Below are positions 34,966 to 44,623 of a stretch of DNA of 58,488 nucleotides, one piece after another; within the stretch, counting starts at the first letter, position 1; each line of letters starts with the position of its first letter. Under the pieces are notes generated by a model that worked only from the letters and a program-made list of their open reading frames with translations, made no database searches and had not been told where the DNA came from. The stretch is taken from positions 1 through 58,488 of IMG/VR virus record IMGVR_UViG_3300032605_001675. The stretch is one strand, 5' to 3'. This stretch comes from a virus. Taxonomy: Duplodnaviria > Caudoviricetes. The position numbers were made by a program, and so were the translations under genes.

Positions 34966-36824
34966 GACCCAAACAGCAAACTTCTTGGGCTTAGATCAAT
35001 AGTGTCTTCCATGTCTACATTCTCGTCTACTTGACCACGAATTGCTTCTGCTTCTGCTCTTCTTCTAAGGATTTTAGCATCAATTCTTTCTTCGATGGTA
35101 TCCACAGCCACTGGACGATAGATCCATGTCTTTTCAACTCCCTTGCTCTTGGAGTCTGCACGGTTGATTCGATCTTTACGTTGCTTGTACTCAGCATACG
35201 TTCTCGGAATTTCGATATTCCATAGGTAGGGAGCATATAGGTTAAGTCCTTCCTGTCCAACATCACTGGTTAGTAATACTGCTGGTCCTTTGGTTCCATT
35301 AAAGGTTTTAATATTATGAGTAGTTTCTTCGGCCTTCATACCCACTCCCCAAATTGGTAGAATAGGTACACCCTTGAACTTGGCCTTTAATGCTTCAAGG
35401 TAGGGGAATAGAGTTCCATGAGTCCAGAAGGTAAATAGTACCACTTTATCATTACTCTCAAAGGCAGTTTCCAAACTACTCTCAATTAGTTGATACTTAT
35501 TACTATTAGCAATATCAATTAAATCTCTACACTCTTCTACAATTTCTTGAGCAAACTTACTACCACTACTTAGTAGACCTGTAGAGGTATTACAGATCAT
35601 TCTAAGAGTATCAATATAGGCCCAACTACTAACAGGATTATCAGGGTTGAACTTTTCCTTTGCTAATTGCTCGGCAAAGTTATAGATCTCTCTATCTTGT
35701 TCTGAGAGTTCATAGACAATTCTCTTGGGCATACTCTCTGGAAACTGAGCAGCAATAGTGGGGTCACTCTTCATTGCAATATGAGTCCAGTTTTCATGCT
35801 TCTTGCCCAGGAGTGGAAGTTTGGCTCGGTCCCATTCCTTTACATAGATCTCTTTAACATAACCCTTTTCGAAAGTATCAAATTCTTTGCCATAAAGCAT
35901 CTTGAACTGGTCTCGGGTCATATCACTTACACCGGGTATACCAGGACGAATAGTAGCAAAGATGTTTCTAATATTAAGTGGGCTAGTGGTATAAGGAGTT
36001 GCTGTAAGAGCAAGACACTTGACATTCTCTTTGGGATCATTGAGAAGTATGTTAAAACCCTCACTTAATAGACTAGTACCAGTATTGATTTTCTGAGCCT
36101 CATCAATAATAACCAGTAGTCTTTTTCCCTTAACCAAACTCAATACTTGCTCTAAGTCAGTTCTAGAATAGTCATGGGTCTTTCTCTTCTCACCTTTTTT
36201 CTTGGTAAAGCTAGGACCACGAACTTTCTCATAGTTAAGTACCAAGACCTGTGAGTCATCTTCCTCATAGAACTTATGACGCTTGGCTCTACTATCAATA
36301 TCCACTCGAGCAATATCCAAGGTAGTCATTCTTTTGAATTCCTGTTCCCAGTCATACTGCTTAATCTTCTTACTGAAAACTAGAACCTTATCAATCTCAC
36401 CAGCATCAAATAGTTTTTGAGCTGTTAAGCAACTTAGTAGTGTTTTACCGGCTCCAGTATCCCACTGAACAAGAATTCTAGAAAAGTTTGGTTTTTTCAG
36501 TTGATTCCATACCAAATTCAAACCTATATTTTGAAATGGAAATAATTTGTTATTTAATAAGAACGGTGAATTAACCTCATAAGGTTCCTTTACTACATCA
36601 CTTAATTCATTATATAACAGCTTAGATTGCTCATCTTGAAAACTTAATTCCAATCCATTGGATTCTAGAAAGTTCTCGAAATCAACTAGTTTGTCTCTAT
36701 TACGTAAGGTATCATATGGATCTAAGAGTCTAGGGTCTCTGGTTCCACTAGCAACAGTTGAAAATCTAAGAACTCCATTGAGAGCTTCACTGCTCTGAAC
36801 AAATACTTTATTATCTAACTCCAT
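34962..36824 (-). CDS. SNF2-family helicase
   Basis: LFPFQ, DTGAGKT, LNYE, IDEAQ, LTATP, EGLNL, QRKDRINR, TIEE. Confidence 0.9.
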   Translation of the reverse strand: MELDNKVFVQSSEALNGVLRFSTVASGTRDPRLLDPYDTLRNRDKLVDFENFLESNGLELSFQDEQSKLLYNELSDVVKEPYEVNSPFLLNNKLFPFQNIGLNLVWNQLKKPNFSRILVQWDTGAGKTLLSCLTAQKLFDAGEIDKVLVFSKKIKQYDWEQEFKRMTTLDIARVDIDSRAKRHKFYEEDDSQVLVLNYEKVRGPSFTKKKGEKRKTHDYSRTDLEQVLSLVKGKRLLVIIDEAQKINTGTSLLSEGFNILLNDPKENVKCLALTATPYTTSPLNIRNIFATIRPGIPGVSDMTRDQFKMLYGKEFDTFEKGYVKEIYVKEWDRAKLPLLGKKHENWTHIAMKSDPTIAAQFPESMPKRIVYELSEQDREIYNFAEQLAKEKFNPDNPVSSWAYIDTLRMICNTSTGLLSSGSKFAQEIVEECRDLIDIANSNKYQLIESSLETAFESNDKVVLFTFWTHGTLFPYLEALKAKFKGVPILPIWGVGMKAEETTHNIKTFNGTKGPAVLLTSDVGQEGLNLYAPYLWNIEIPRTYAEYKQRKDRINRADSKSKGVEKTWIYRPVAVDTIEERIDAKILRRRAEAEAIRGQVDENVDMEDTIDLSPRSLLFGS

Positions 36825-36831
36825 AGTTACT

Positions 36832-36860
36832 AATTTAGTAGACTTTGACTAGAAAATCAA
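36832..36860 (-). promoter_or_regulatory. promoter TTGATT-N17-TAAATT, probable leaderless SNF2 transcript
   Basis: 6-17-6 spacing; -10 sits 7 nt upstream of the ATG at 36824, no SD. Confidence 0.65.
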
Positions 36861-36865
36861 GTGAT

Positions 36866-39844
36866 TTAGTCTAGGGAGTAGGGGTTACTGATATTCATTA
36901 GAGTATTGATATCGTAACGAGCTGGGTGTAGTTCACTTCTTAGTTGGAATAGTGGTCTTTGGTCTGGAGTTCTTCTCCAACTCAACTCATTGGTCTTGGG
37001 GTCTCCAAGATAGTTAATGGGAGTAGTGGAGTAATATGGGCTCTGAGTATAGTTGGGTACTATTTGTAGAGCACTAACCTCACTACTGTCTTGTAGCATT
37101 GTAGCTCTTACTTGAATTTGGTTAGTTAGTGTTCTAGTGTTAATAAGTGCAAATGGGTCATTAATACCGGTAGTGATATAGTTCCAGTTGGTTCCAGAAC
37201 CATCAGTGCAGTATTCCCAAGTTACTGGGTTGTAGAAAGTGCCTAGAAGAGCAATCTCATAATTCTCACCCTGCCCATTAATCTGGGTTAGTCGAGCAGT
37301 AAAGTTATTGTATCCTGCATATCCACTGGTTAGAGTAAAAGGAACTTCAATATCTACCCAGGTTCTAACAGGAATATTAGAGAACTGCTTGTGTGCTAGT
37401 TCAGTGCTATTAGAGTAGAGTCCACATCTATAGGTTCCGTTATTGGTATTGGGTAGGAATACTCGAGCAACAGCTGAGATTCTTAGACCACTGGTTACTA
37501 GTGGGGCAACCCATGCACCCTGCTGACTACCCAAGAAGAATCCTGCATCGGAGAGAGTGGCAGTACCACTAACTGCTATAGAGAAGTTAACAGTAGTGGT
37601 ATTAAGAGGCTGCACTGTAACAAATGAAAGGTTATTATTACCACTAGTAAGAACACTAGTCTGACTAAGAGTTGTTGTTCCACTAACTCCCGTGTAAGAG
37701 TTGTAGATAGTAACTGAACCTGTACCACTGGCTGCAATCAAGAAAGTATAGCTATTGGCCTGAACTCGTCCTAGTTGGTCAGTAGTACCATAACTACTTA
37801 GACCATATGAAGTATCACCGTAGTCATAAGTCCAAGGGGTGTTGGTAACTGTTGGAATACTTACTGAAGTAACTCCACTAATACTTGCATTGGTAACTTT
37901 GGTACCCACTAATGGTCCAGTCCAACCAGTCCCACTGACTACAAATGCTTCTGCTGTAGTGAGTAGGTTAGCTCCACCACCTGCTGCTGACTGTACCCAG
38001 TCTTGAATAATTGGAGTACTAGTTCCGGCTCCACTTGGAGTTAGTTGCCAGATACCATAGCCAGAACCATAGGTAGGTAATCCACTGATAGTAACAATAC
38101 CACTAGTAGTAACTCCTAAAGCAGCAAGACTGGAACCTTGTAGAGTGGTCTGCTCATTGGTCAGGAAGGGTTGCCAGTCAGAACTTAATGCTGCAAACTT
38201 AAAACTATTAAATTGAGTATAGGTTTGTAGGTTCTTGGTGTAGATGGTATTTCCTGCATTACCATAGTAACCACTACCACTTACCGTAGAGTAGTTATTG
38301 CCACTAACATTTACTGTTACAATTGATGGAGTTCTAAAGTTGGCAGTTGTACCACTAGCACTAATAATTGTAGTACCACTACTAGGGTTAGTAATGCAAT
38401 AGGCAGTAAAGTCAGCATAGTCCATCTGGACTGACTGGTTTAACTTAAATAGTTGAAGATTCTTAATACCCGTAAAGTAGGCTTGGTGCCAGGTTTGATT
38501 AATAGTAAGTTGCTTGTAAGTGTGGGTAGAGGAGTAAGGAAATCTACGAGTGATAAAAGCAACATCACTAACAGGATTATAAGTACTTCCAACTCCACCA
38601 TTGTCCTGCAAAGTCTTGTAACTAACTGTAGGGTCAGTGATAGTTGCTGCATTGGTTGTATTAGTAGCTCCTAGTGAGTTACCATAGGCACCACCATTGA
38701 GACTATTAGTTGCTGCACCCAAAAGATTGTTAGAAGCAATTTGATTATTATAGGGCACATTAGGAGCATTATAAGCAGTAATGGCATAGGCCTGTGAAGC
38801 AATATCGGGGATTGCTTGTTCAATATTGGTATAGAAGTTGTCTACCCAGTCGGGGAACACATTGATAGTTCTAGGGATAGAATCGAACTGAAGATTGTAA
38901 GGTTCCGGGACCAATTGGGTAAATTCAAACTTTAGATAACGAGCTTGAGTGGTGGGTAGTTCATACATACCCTTTTTGAGTCTAAAGTCTCGATCTACTG
39001 GGGTCCATACTTGTGCATCATAAGAGAAGTAGAGATTGAAAACAGTTCCAGTGTAGAGTGGGTCAATGTAGAGTCTATTAAATACCTGTAGTGAGCCCAA
39101 GTCAATTACAAAATAGACAATAGAGTCACCAGTGGGTTGAGGGGTACACTTCCAGAAAGTAGCACTACTATTATCATTAATATTAGTAAGTGGATATTTG
39201 GCAGGGTTAAAGTTCTCTACAAAACCCAGATTGTTCTGAGTGGTAATTCCTGATACTAGAGTATTATTAACAGTTAGATCATTGAGACCCAATACTGATA
39301 GACTTACTAGGAAGTCTTTGACAGAAAAGTTATACTGCGTATTGGTAATAGTCTTGTTAATTACTAGAGTTAGACTGGTATTGACATCAAACTGATAGGT
39401 TTGATTTAGTTGCATGTTTATGTGCTGATAATTGGTGGTATCGTAGCTATTGATGATTCCACCAGTCAATTGGTTTACTCCACTAACTGTAGTCTGGTAA
39501 AGCACCCAAGAACAAGGTACTGATAGCATACTAAAAGAGACTTGATTAATGTAAGTGGTTCTATTAAACTTAAAGTCCAATTGATAGGAGGTATTAACTA
39601 TATCATCAACAATACCTGAAGTCCATACAGTGCCTTCATTTACAAAAGGTACACTAAGAGAGCTAATATCACTAATCTGTCCAGTAACTGGGTCCTGGTA
39701 GCTATTGGTATTTGCTCCTACAGTGTTGACTACACCTGTTACTGCATAAACTCCATTTACTACAAGTCCATCTGTAGTCATAGGAGCAGCATAAGGTCCT
39801 ACATAGTCTTGTAAGGGATTGGGATTAGTAGGAATAAGTGGCAT
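36866..39844 (-). CDS. large baseplate/tail structural protein (discoidin-like and carbohydrate-binding-like segments)
   Basis: 992 aa, T/S/N/G rich; VIDLG...ARYLKF discoidin-like pattern; end of tail module. Confidence 0.65.
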   Translation of the reverse strand: MPLIPTNPNPLQDYVGPYAAPMTTDGLVVNGVYAVTGVVNTVGANTNSYQDPVTGQISDISSLSVPFVNEGTVWTSGIVDDIVNTSYQLDFKFNRTTYINQVSFSMLSVPCSWVLYQTTVSGVNQLTGGIINSYDTTNYQHINMQLNQTYQFDVNTSLTLVINKTITNTQYNFSVKDFLVSLSVLGLNDLTVNNTLVSGITTQNNLGFVENFNPAKYPLTNINDNSSATFWKCTPQPTGDSIVYFVIDLGSLQVFNRLYIDPLYTGTVFNLYFSYDAQVWTPVDRDFRLKKGMYELPTTQARYLKFEFTQLVPEPYNLQFDSIPRTINVFPDWVDNFYTNIEQAIPDIASQAYAITAYNAPNVPYNNQIASNNLLGAATNSLNGGAYGNSLGATNTTNAATITDPTVSYKTLQDNGGVGSTYNPVSDVAFITRRFPYSSTHTYKQLTINQTWHQAYFTGIKNLQLFKLNQSVQMDYADFTAYCITNPSSGTTIISASGTTANFRTPSIVTVNVSGNNYSTVSGSGYYGNAGNTIYTKNLQTYTQFNSFKFAALSSDWQPFLTNEQTTLQGSSLAALGVTTSGIVTISGLPTYGSGYGIWQLTPSGAGTSTPIIQDWVQSAAGGGANLLTTAEAFVVSGTGWTGPLVGTKVTNASISGVTSVSIPTVTNTPWTYDYGDTSYGLSSYGTTDQLGRVQANSYTFLIAASGTGSVTIYNSYTGVSGTTTLSQTSVLTSGNNNLSFVTVQPLNTTTVNFSIAVSGTATLSDAGFFLGSQQGAWVAPLVTSGLRISAVARVFLPNTNNGTYRCGLYSNSTELAHKQFSNIPVRTWVDIEVPFTLTSGYAGYNNFTARLTQINGQGENYEIALLGTFYNPVTWEYCTDGSGTNWNYITTGINDPFALINTRTLTNQIQVRATMLQDSSEVSALQIVPNYTQSPYYSTTPINYLGDPKTNELSWRRTPDQRPLFQLRSELHPARYDINTLMNISNPYSLD

Positions 39845-40830
39845 TACACTGCTCCAAAGAAAGTACTAGTAACACTGAGATTACGATTACCAAGAGGGGT
39901 TGTAGTTCCTGAGACCACTAAGGCTTGACCATTGGCATATGGAGTAACATTTACAATTGAAATATTATTAGTGAGATCAATTAAGGATTCTTGAGACTGC
40001 AAGTAGGCAAAATATGGAGCCTGTTGAGCTTGGTTATTAGTTAGCCAATAACGACTAGTAACTGTTGGGTCTGTACTACCCAATACATAACTAGGAATGT
40101 TGACATTATTTGCAGTAACTGTTTGAGTAAGATAAAAGAACTCTGAGTTACCTGAGATTGAAGTATAGGTTAGAGGAGTAAAATTATCTACAACTCCTGA
40201 TATCTGAGTAATAATTGCACCTACAGGAGCAAGACTTTCTACTGCCTTAAGTGCTCCGTTACGGATACCACTAGCTACTGGAATAGAAACTGGACCTGTA
40301 GGGATAACTACAACTTCATTGGGTCCTAGGCCTCGAGACCAGTTATTAGTGGCCATAACTCCACTAGCACTAGTCCAATTTTCAACTACTTGTACAGGAT
40401 TTTGGTAAACAGCTTCGGACATTGCTTGAATACCTAAAGGATTTCCACCTCTAAGTAGAGCGGCAATCATACCAATTAGTCGTTCACGGTAATTAGAGTC
40501 TTTAATGTAGACATCTTGCCACTGACTAATAGTTAACTGATCTGTAAAAGGATTGACATTAGAGTTGTAGATTTCATTAGGCAGTCTTGGAGCATTAAGA
40601 AGTTGACCAATAGTATTTTCTAAGTCAGAGTAAGTCAAGTATTGCTGAGTAATTTTTGCTGCAGACTGTACTGAAGATAACTGCCCTGTTCCACTATTAC
40701 CCAATAGGATAGACATTAAAGTAGTAAGGTTGTCAAGTGGGTCAAAATTATAGACAGTGTCTGGAAAGTTTCTGGTCTTCCAGAGCAGTGTCTGATTTAT
40801 ATTTATTGGGTAAGAGTTACCGTTAGACAT
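39844..40830 (-). CDS. baseplate wedge protein (P2 gpI-like position)
   Basis: D..YRERL motif; directly after baseplate J. Confidence 0.6.
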   Translation of the reverse strand: MSNGNSYPININQTLLWKTRNFPDTVYNFDPLDNLTTLMSILLGNSGTGQLSSVQSAAKITQQYLTYSDLENTIGQLLNAPRLPNEIYNSNVNPFTDQLTISQWQDVYIKDSNYRERLIGMIAALLRGGNPLGIQAMSEAVYQNPVQVVENWTSASGVMATNNWSRGLGPNEVVVIPTGPVSIPVASGIRNGALKAVESLAPVGAIITQISGVVDNFTPLTYTSISGNSEFFYLTQTVTANNVNIPSYVLGSTDPTVTSRYWLTNNQAQQAPYFAYLQSQESLIDLTNNISIVNVTPYANGQALVVSGTTTPLGNRNLSVTSTFFGAV

Positions 40831-43403
40831 TAGAAGTTGTTAACACCGAATACAGTGTAGTTAATACTGTAGAGGTTAGGTAGTTGATTATTAGCTAATA
40901 GAATATCTTTTGTATAAGTCTTTCTAATAGAACCATTCAAGTTTACCAACTGAACTCCATAGTTGACTGGATTATCTGTAGCAGTAGAGATTCTAACAGA
41001 TTGAACACCAGTTGCATTAAAGGCGTTATTAAGAATACTAGAAAGACTTACACTAGTATCGAATGGAATATTTTGAAAGTAGTTAGTAATTGCCGCTTGA
41101 ATAGCAGAGTTGGTTGCTATAGCATTAGCAGTGTTAGTATAGACAATAGAGAGATTGACTACTAGGTTTAAGAACTGTGCTTGGTGAGCCAATACATTAC
41201 TGCCTACAACTCTACTTTGCTGAGCCAGGTTATTGATATTTACTACGTCAGAGTAGTAATCATGTGTAAAGATTCCAACTTGGTTAGGAGTAGCACTAGG
41301 ATAATTGGCTCCATAACTACCAGTTGGGTCGGTGGCTTCTAGTACTGGAGCTGATGCATCTAAGATACTTCCAGCAGTTGAGGTAACATCATAGGCAGGC
41401 CACATTACTGCTACCCAAGCGGTACTTGTACTTACATTTGAACTTAGGTTATTGGCTAGAGTAATAATATTAGGGTTACCTGGAGTAAGTGCTGTGATGT
41501 AGTTACCGGTCCCAATTCCACTTAGGCTTGTAGTAGCACCATTAGTTCCACTAATTACTAGTCCCACCTGGAGTCCACTAATACTAGTGGTGGTATAGAG
41601 TTGATTACTACCAGCTGTGCCTGTAACTGTAATTGCAGGACTAACTCTTTGAGGAAGTAGAGCAACTGGGAAGTTGTAGTTACCAAAAGAGATAAAGCTT
41701 GGAGCATTATTGTTAATAACTTGATATGGAAAGTTAGCTATAGGATTTTGGGTAAAGTTAATGTAGTAACCACCACTAGGTACGATAGTATTATTGGCTA
41801 GTACAAAGTTATTGGCCTGCAACCAACCACCGGTTCCACTTAGTGCAATAGTATTACCAGTAACCATAACCACTTGCTCGGTTATAGTTTGAGTGTTAGT
41901 ACTATTGATAAAAATATCTACATAGTTGGGATTGAGAATAGTGGTTCCACTCGTAGTCACTCTACTACTTATTGGAATATAACTAGATTGAAGCTGAACA
42001 TTAGCTCCAGTATAGGTATAAGGTGCATTACCGGCATTGGTATTAAAAGTAATCTGTAGAGCTAGTGGTGGAGTTCCAGAGGCCTGTAGGTAGTTATAGT
42101 CAACCCCTCGAGTGAATAGAGGAGCATTAAAGTTACTAGCAATACTAACGGGGTTATTAAAGTTTACTCCCACTAGTTCATTACCGGCTGGATAGCAATA
42201 CTTAGAGTCTGGAATTTGACTAGTAATAGTATTAACTGCTGAAACACTAGTTCCACTAGTAACCACTATATTCCAAGGGATGTTTTGACTAAAGGTAATT
42301 TGTGCTACTCCACTAACCGTAGTATCAGCTCCAGTAACAGTAACAGTAACTGAGTTACCATAGTTAAGAGCTGCACTATTGAGAAGTCCACTAAGAGTTG
42401 TAGCTACAGCAGCATAGGTACTAGTACCTGTTAGAGTGGTTGGAGCAGAACCACTATAGGTATAGGCAATATTGAGATTACCATTTCCACTAACTGTAGA
42501 ACTCAAGTTGTAGTTGGTACCATCAAAAGTAACTGTACTGCCGGGAGCAATAATATTTGGTGGAGTGGTGCTAGAGATTGGAATAGTAACATTAGGTTCT
42601 AGTAGGCCTACATAGCCACTGGCCACTGTACTACCACTAATTGCAATTAGTTGAGCTTGAGTTTGTAGTCCTAGGTTAAAACTACCGGTACCACTTAATA
42701 CTGTAACCACTTGTAGAGTTTCTACGTAGTTTTGCTGAGCACCCACTACATTGCTTTGAGTAATAGCAGGGTTATTTTGAGCTAGACTAAGAAACTTATT
42801 TGCAGTTCCAGCAAAGTTGCTAAAAGCAGTATTAAGAAATCTCTGCTGTAGTTGAACATCTGTCTCGGTATCAGTACCATAAGACATTGCATTCTCGTTG
42901 GTAACTGAAGTGATGCCTACTAGAGGAGTGGTAATAGAATCAATACTACCGGTTTGTAGATTGTTAAAACTACCCGGTAGAGTGGACATTACGGGTACAA
43001 TAATGGCGGTATTACCACTAGCTAGAGTTGCTGTTGAAGTTGTAGTAAAAGCAATATTGCTCTGGTACTGATTACTACTCGAGTAAACTTGAGTGCCTAG
43101 AGGAATATCATAATTTTGAGGTGCTGGTGAACTAGTACCGAACACTACAGTACCAATTGCTCGTGTACCCAATTGACGAGTGATACCGAATAGGTTTACA
43201 AAAGCGTCAAGTTCAGTTCCAAACTTACTGGTAACATCATAACCGTAAGTAAGTAGAGTAGAGTTATTACTGGCACTAGCAATTTCATTGGCCACTGATT
43301 CTAAAATCTTGTAGGTGGCACTACCCACTGTAGTATCCCAGGTTGGGTCAGATACTGATAGTGCAGTAAGAAGTCTATTGAGTACCGAGCTAGTATCAGC
43401 CAT
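40830..43403 (-). CDS. baseplate J-like protein
   Basis: LD.....FGITR...A.G.V.F, G..N, N.....G.DTETD..L..R. Confidence 0.85.
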   Translation of the reverse strand: MADTSSVLNRLLTALSVSDPTWDTTVGSATYKILESVANEIASASNNSTLLTYGYDVTSKFGTELDAFVNLFGITRQLGTRAIGTVVFGTSSPAPQNYDIPLGTQVYSSSNQYQSNIAFTTTSTATLASGNTAIIVPVMSTLPGSFNNLQTGSIDSITTPLVGITSVTNENAMSYGTDTETDVQLQQRFLNTAFSNFAGTANKFLSLAQNNPAITQSNVVGAQQNYVETLQVVTVLSGTGSFNLGLQTQAQLIAISGSTVASGYVGLLEPNVTIPISSTTPPNIIAPGSTVTFDGTNYNLSSTVSGNGNLNIAYTYSGSAPTTLTGTSTYAAVATTLSGLLNSAALNYGNSVTVTVTGADTTVSGVAQITFSQNIPWNIVVTSGTSVSAVNTITSQIPDSKYCYPAGNELVGVNFNNPVSIASNFNAPLFTRGVDYNYLQASGTPPLALQITFNTNAGNAPYTYTGANVQLQSSYIPISSRVTTSGTTILNPNYVDIFINSTNTQTITEQVVMVTGNTIALSGTGGWLQANNFVLANNTIVPSGGYYINFTQNPIANFPYQVINNNAPSFISFGNYNFPVALLPQRVSPAITVTGTAGSNQLYTTTSISGLQVGLVISGTNGATTSLSGIGTGNYITALTPGNPNIITLANNLSSNVSTSTAWVAVMWPAYDVTSTAGSILDASAPVLEATDPTGSYGANYPSATPNQVGIFTHDYYSDVVNINNLAQQSRVVGSNVLAHQAQFLNLVVNLSIVYTNTANAIATNSAIQAAITNYFQNIPFDTSVSLSSILNNAFNATGVQSVRISTATDNPVNYGVQLVNLNGSIRKTYTKDILLANNQLPNLYSINYTVFGVNNF

Positions 43404-43851
43404 TATTAACCTGAATTCCGTTGGGAGTAATTAGTAGGTTTAGAGCAACTGTAGAGTTACTAAGTGTAGTAATAGAAACATTAACTCCAATAAATCCTGT
43501 ACCTTGGTACACTGAAATATTGCCTACACTCTGAATAATTTCAGACTTATTATAGTATGAAAGATGTGATGCTTGTTGAAGACTTTGAAGTGTTTGAATT
43601 TGTTGTGCTCTGTAAAGACTAAGAACACGTTGAATTTCTACTTGGATCTGACTAGTTGTACCACTAGTAACTGGACCACCGATAAGACTTTCAAGAATAC
43701 TACCAAAGTTAGGAGTAGTGTAACCGACTCCATACTCTTCTTGGAGCCAAAGTGCAATGTCTTGAGTTAGTTTATTACTACCTAGGACAAACTTGAGTCT
43801 CCCACCGGTATCCAACTGGATATCACCGTTAGAAACTTGTAGGGTTTTCAT
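43396..43851 (-). CDS. gp25-like baseplate wedge subunit
   Basis: GDI...G...L.Q.I..WL.E..G....PNFGS.L. Confidence 0.75.
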   Translation of the reverse strand: MKTLQVSNGDIQLDTGGRLKFVLGSNKLTQDIALWLQEEYGVGYTTPNFGSILESLIGGPVTSGTTSQIQVEIQRVLSLYRAQQIQTLQSLQQASHLSYYNKSEIIQSVGNISVYQGTGFIGVNVSITTLSNSTVALNLLITPNGIQVNNG

Positions 43852-43882
43852 ACTTCTCCGTTGAGTTTAAGGGTTTTGTACA

Positions 43883-44623
43883 TTAGTCGATCTGGTTCAC
43901 AGTGAGTGTTACTGATGGAATTGAGGGTCCAAGAGAGGGTGAAGACTGTGCATTAATCACTGTAGTAGAGTCTTGAGAAGCCCACATAAGTTGAATTGTA
44001 CTTCCTACATCCATGTAGGCTACAAAGTTCCAGGAAGGAAGAATATAAGGGTTTTTAGCCCCCATTGATACAACACCACTACTCCAAGGGACGTCTGTTC
44101 CATCTTGTCTAAGCCAGATATAGACACTATTAGTGCCCTGGCCACTAAGACCGGGATCATAAAATTGTGCTGAATAAGTAAGATTATAGAGCCCTCTATA
44201 AGTATTGGTTAGATAACTTCCAGAAATTATTGTAAATCCATCACTCTGTACGTTAGTATTGAGTGTCATTGCATAAGGAGTATTAGCTACTCCAGACTGA
44301 GTAGTAGTATCATAGAAATTACCGTAACTATTAATACCGCTCTGATTACCACTAGCAATAGTAATAGGGTTATCCACTGTACCGGCCCATAGTTTGAGTC
44401 TCCAGGCACTAGTTTCATTATCAATAAACCATACTTGCCCCTGAGCAATACTATTAATAGTAGTTCCAGGTGGAAGTGCATCTAGAGTGATCTGATACTG
44501 AAATCCTCTATTATCTTGACCTTGAACCCAAGGCAGCCCAGTAAGTTCATTAGTATAGGGATCATTAAGTAGAGTGACTCTACGAAAAGTAACAGTATTA
44601 GCAGTGTTATATTGAAGTGCCAT
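43883..44623 (-). CDS. baseplate spike/tail-associated protein (C-terminal C1q/TNF-like beta domain)
   Basis: Position between hub and gp25; GLYNLTYSAQF...IWLRQDG.DV pattern. Confidence 0.5.
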   Translation of the reverse strand: MALQYNTANTVTFRRVTLLNDPYTNELTGLPWVQGQDNRGFQYQITLDALPPGTTINSIAQGQVWFIDNETSAWRLKLWAGTVDNPITIASGNQSGINSYGNFYDTTTQSGVANTPYAMTLNTNVQSDGFTIISGSYLTNTYRGLYNLTYSAQFYDPGLSGQGTNSVYIWLRQDGTDVPWSSGVVSMGAKNPYILPSWNFVAYMDVGSTIQLMWASQDSTTVINAQSSPSLGPSIPSVTLTVNQID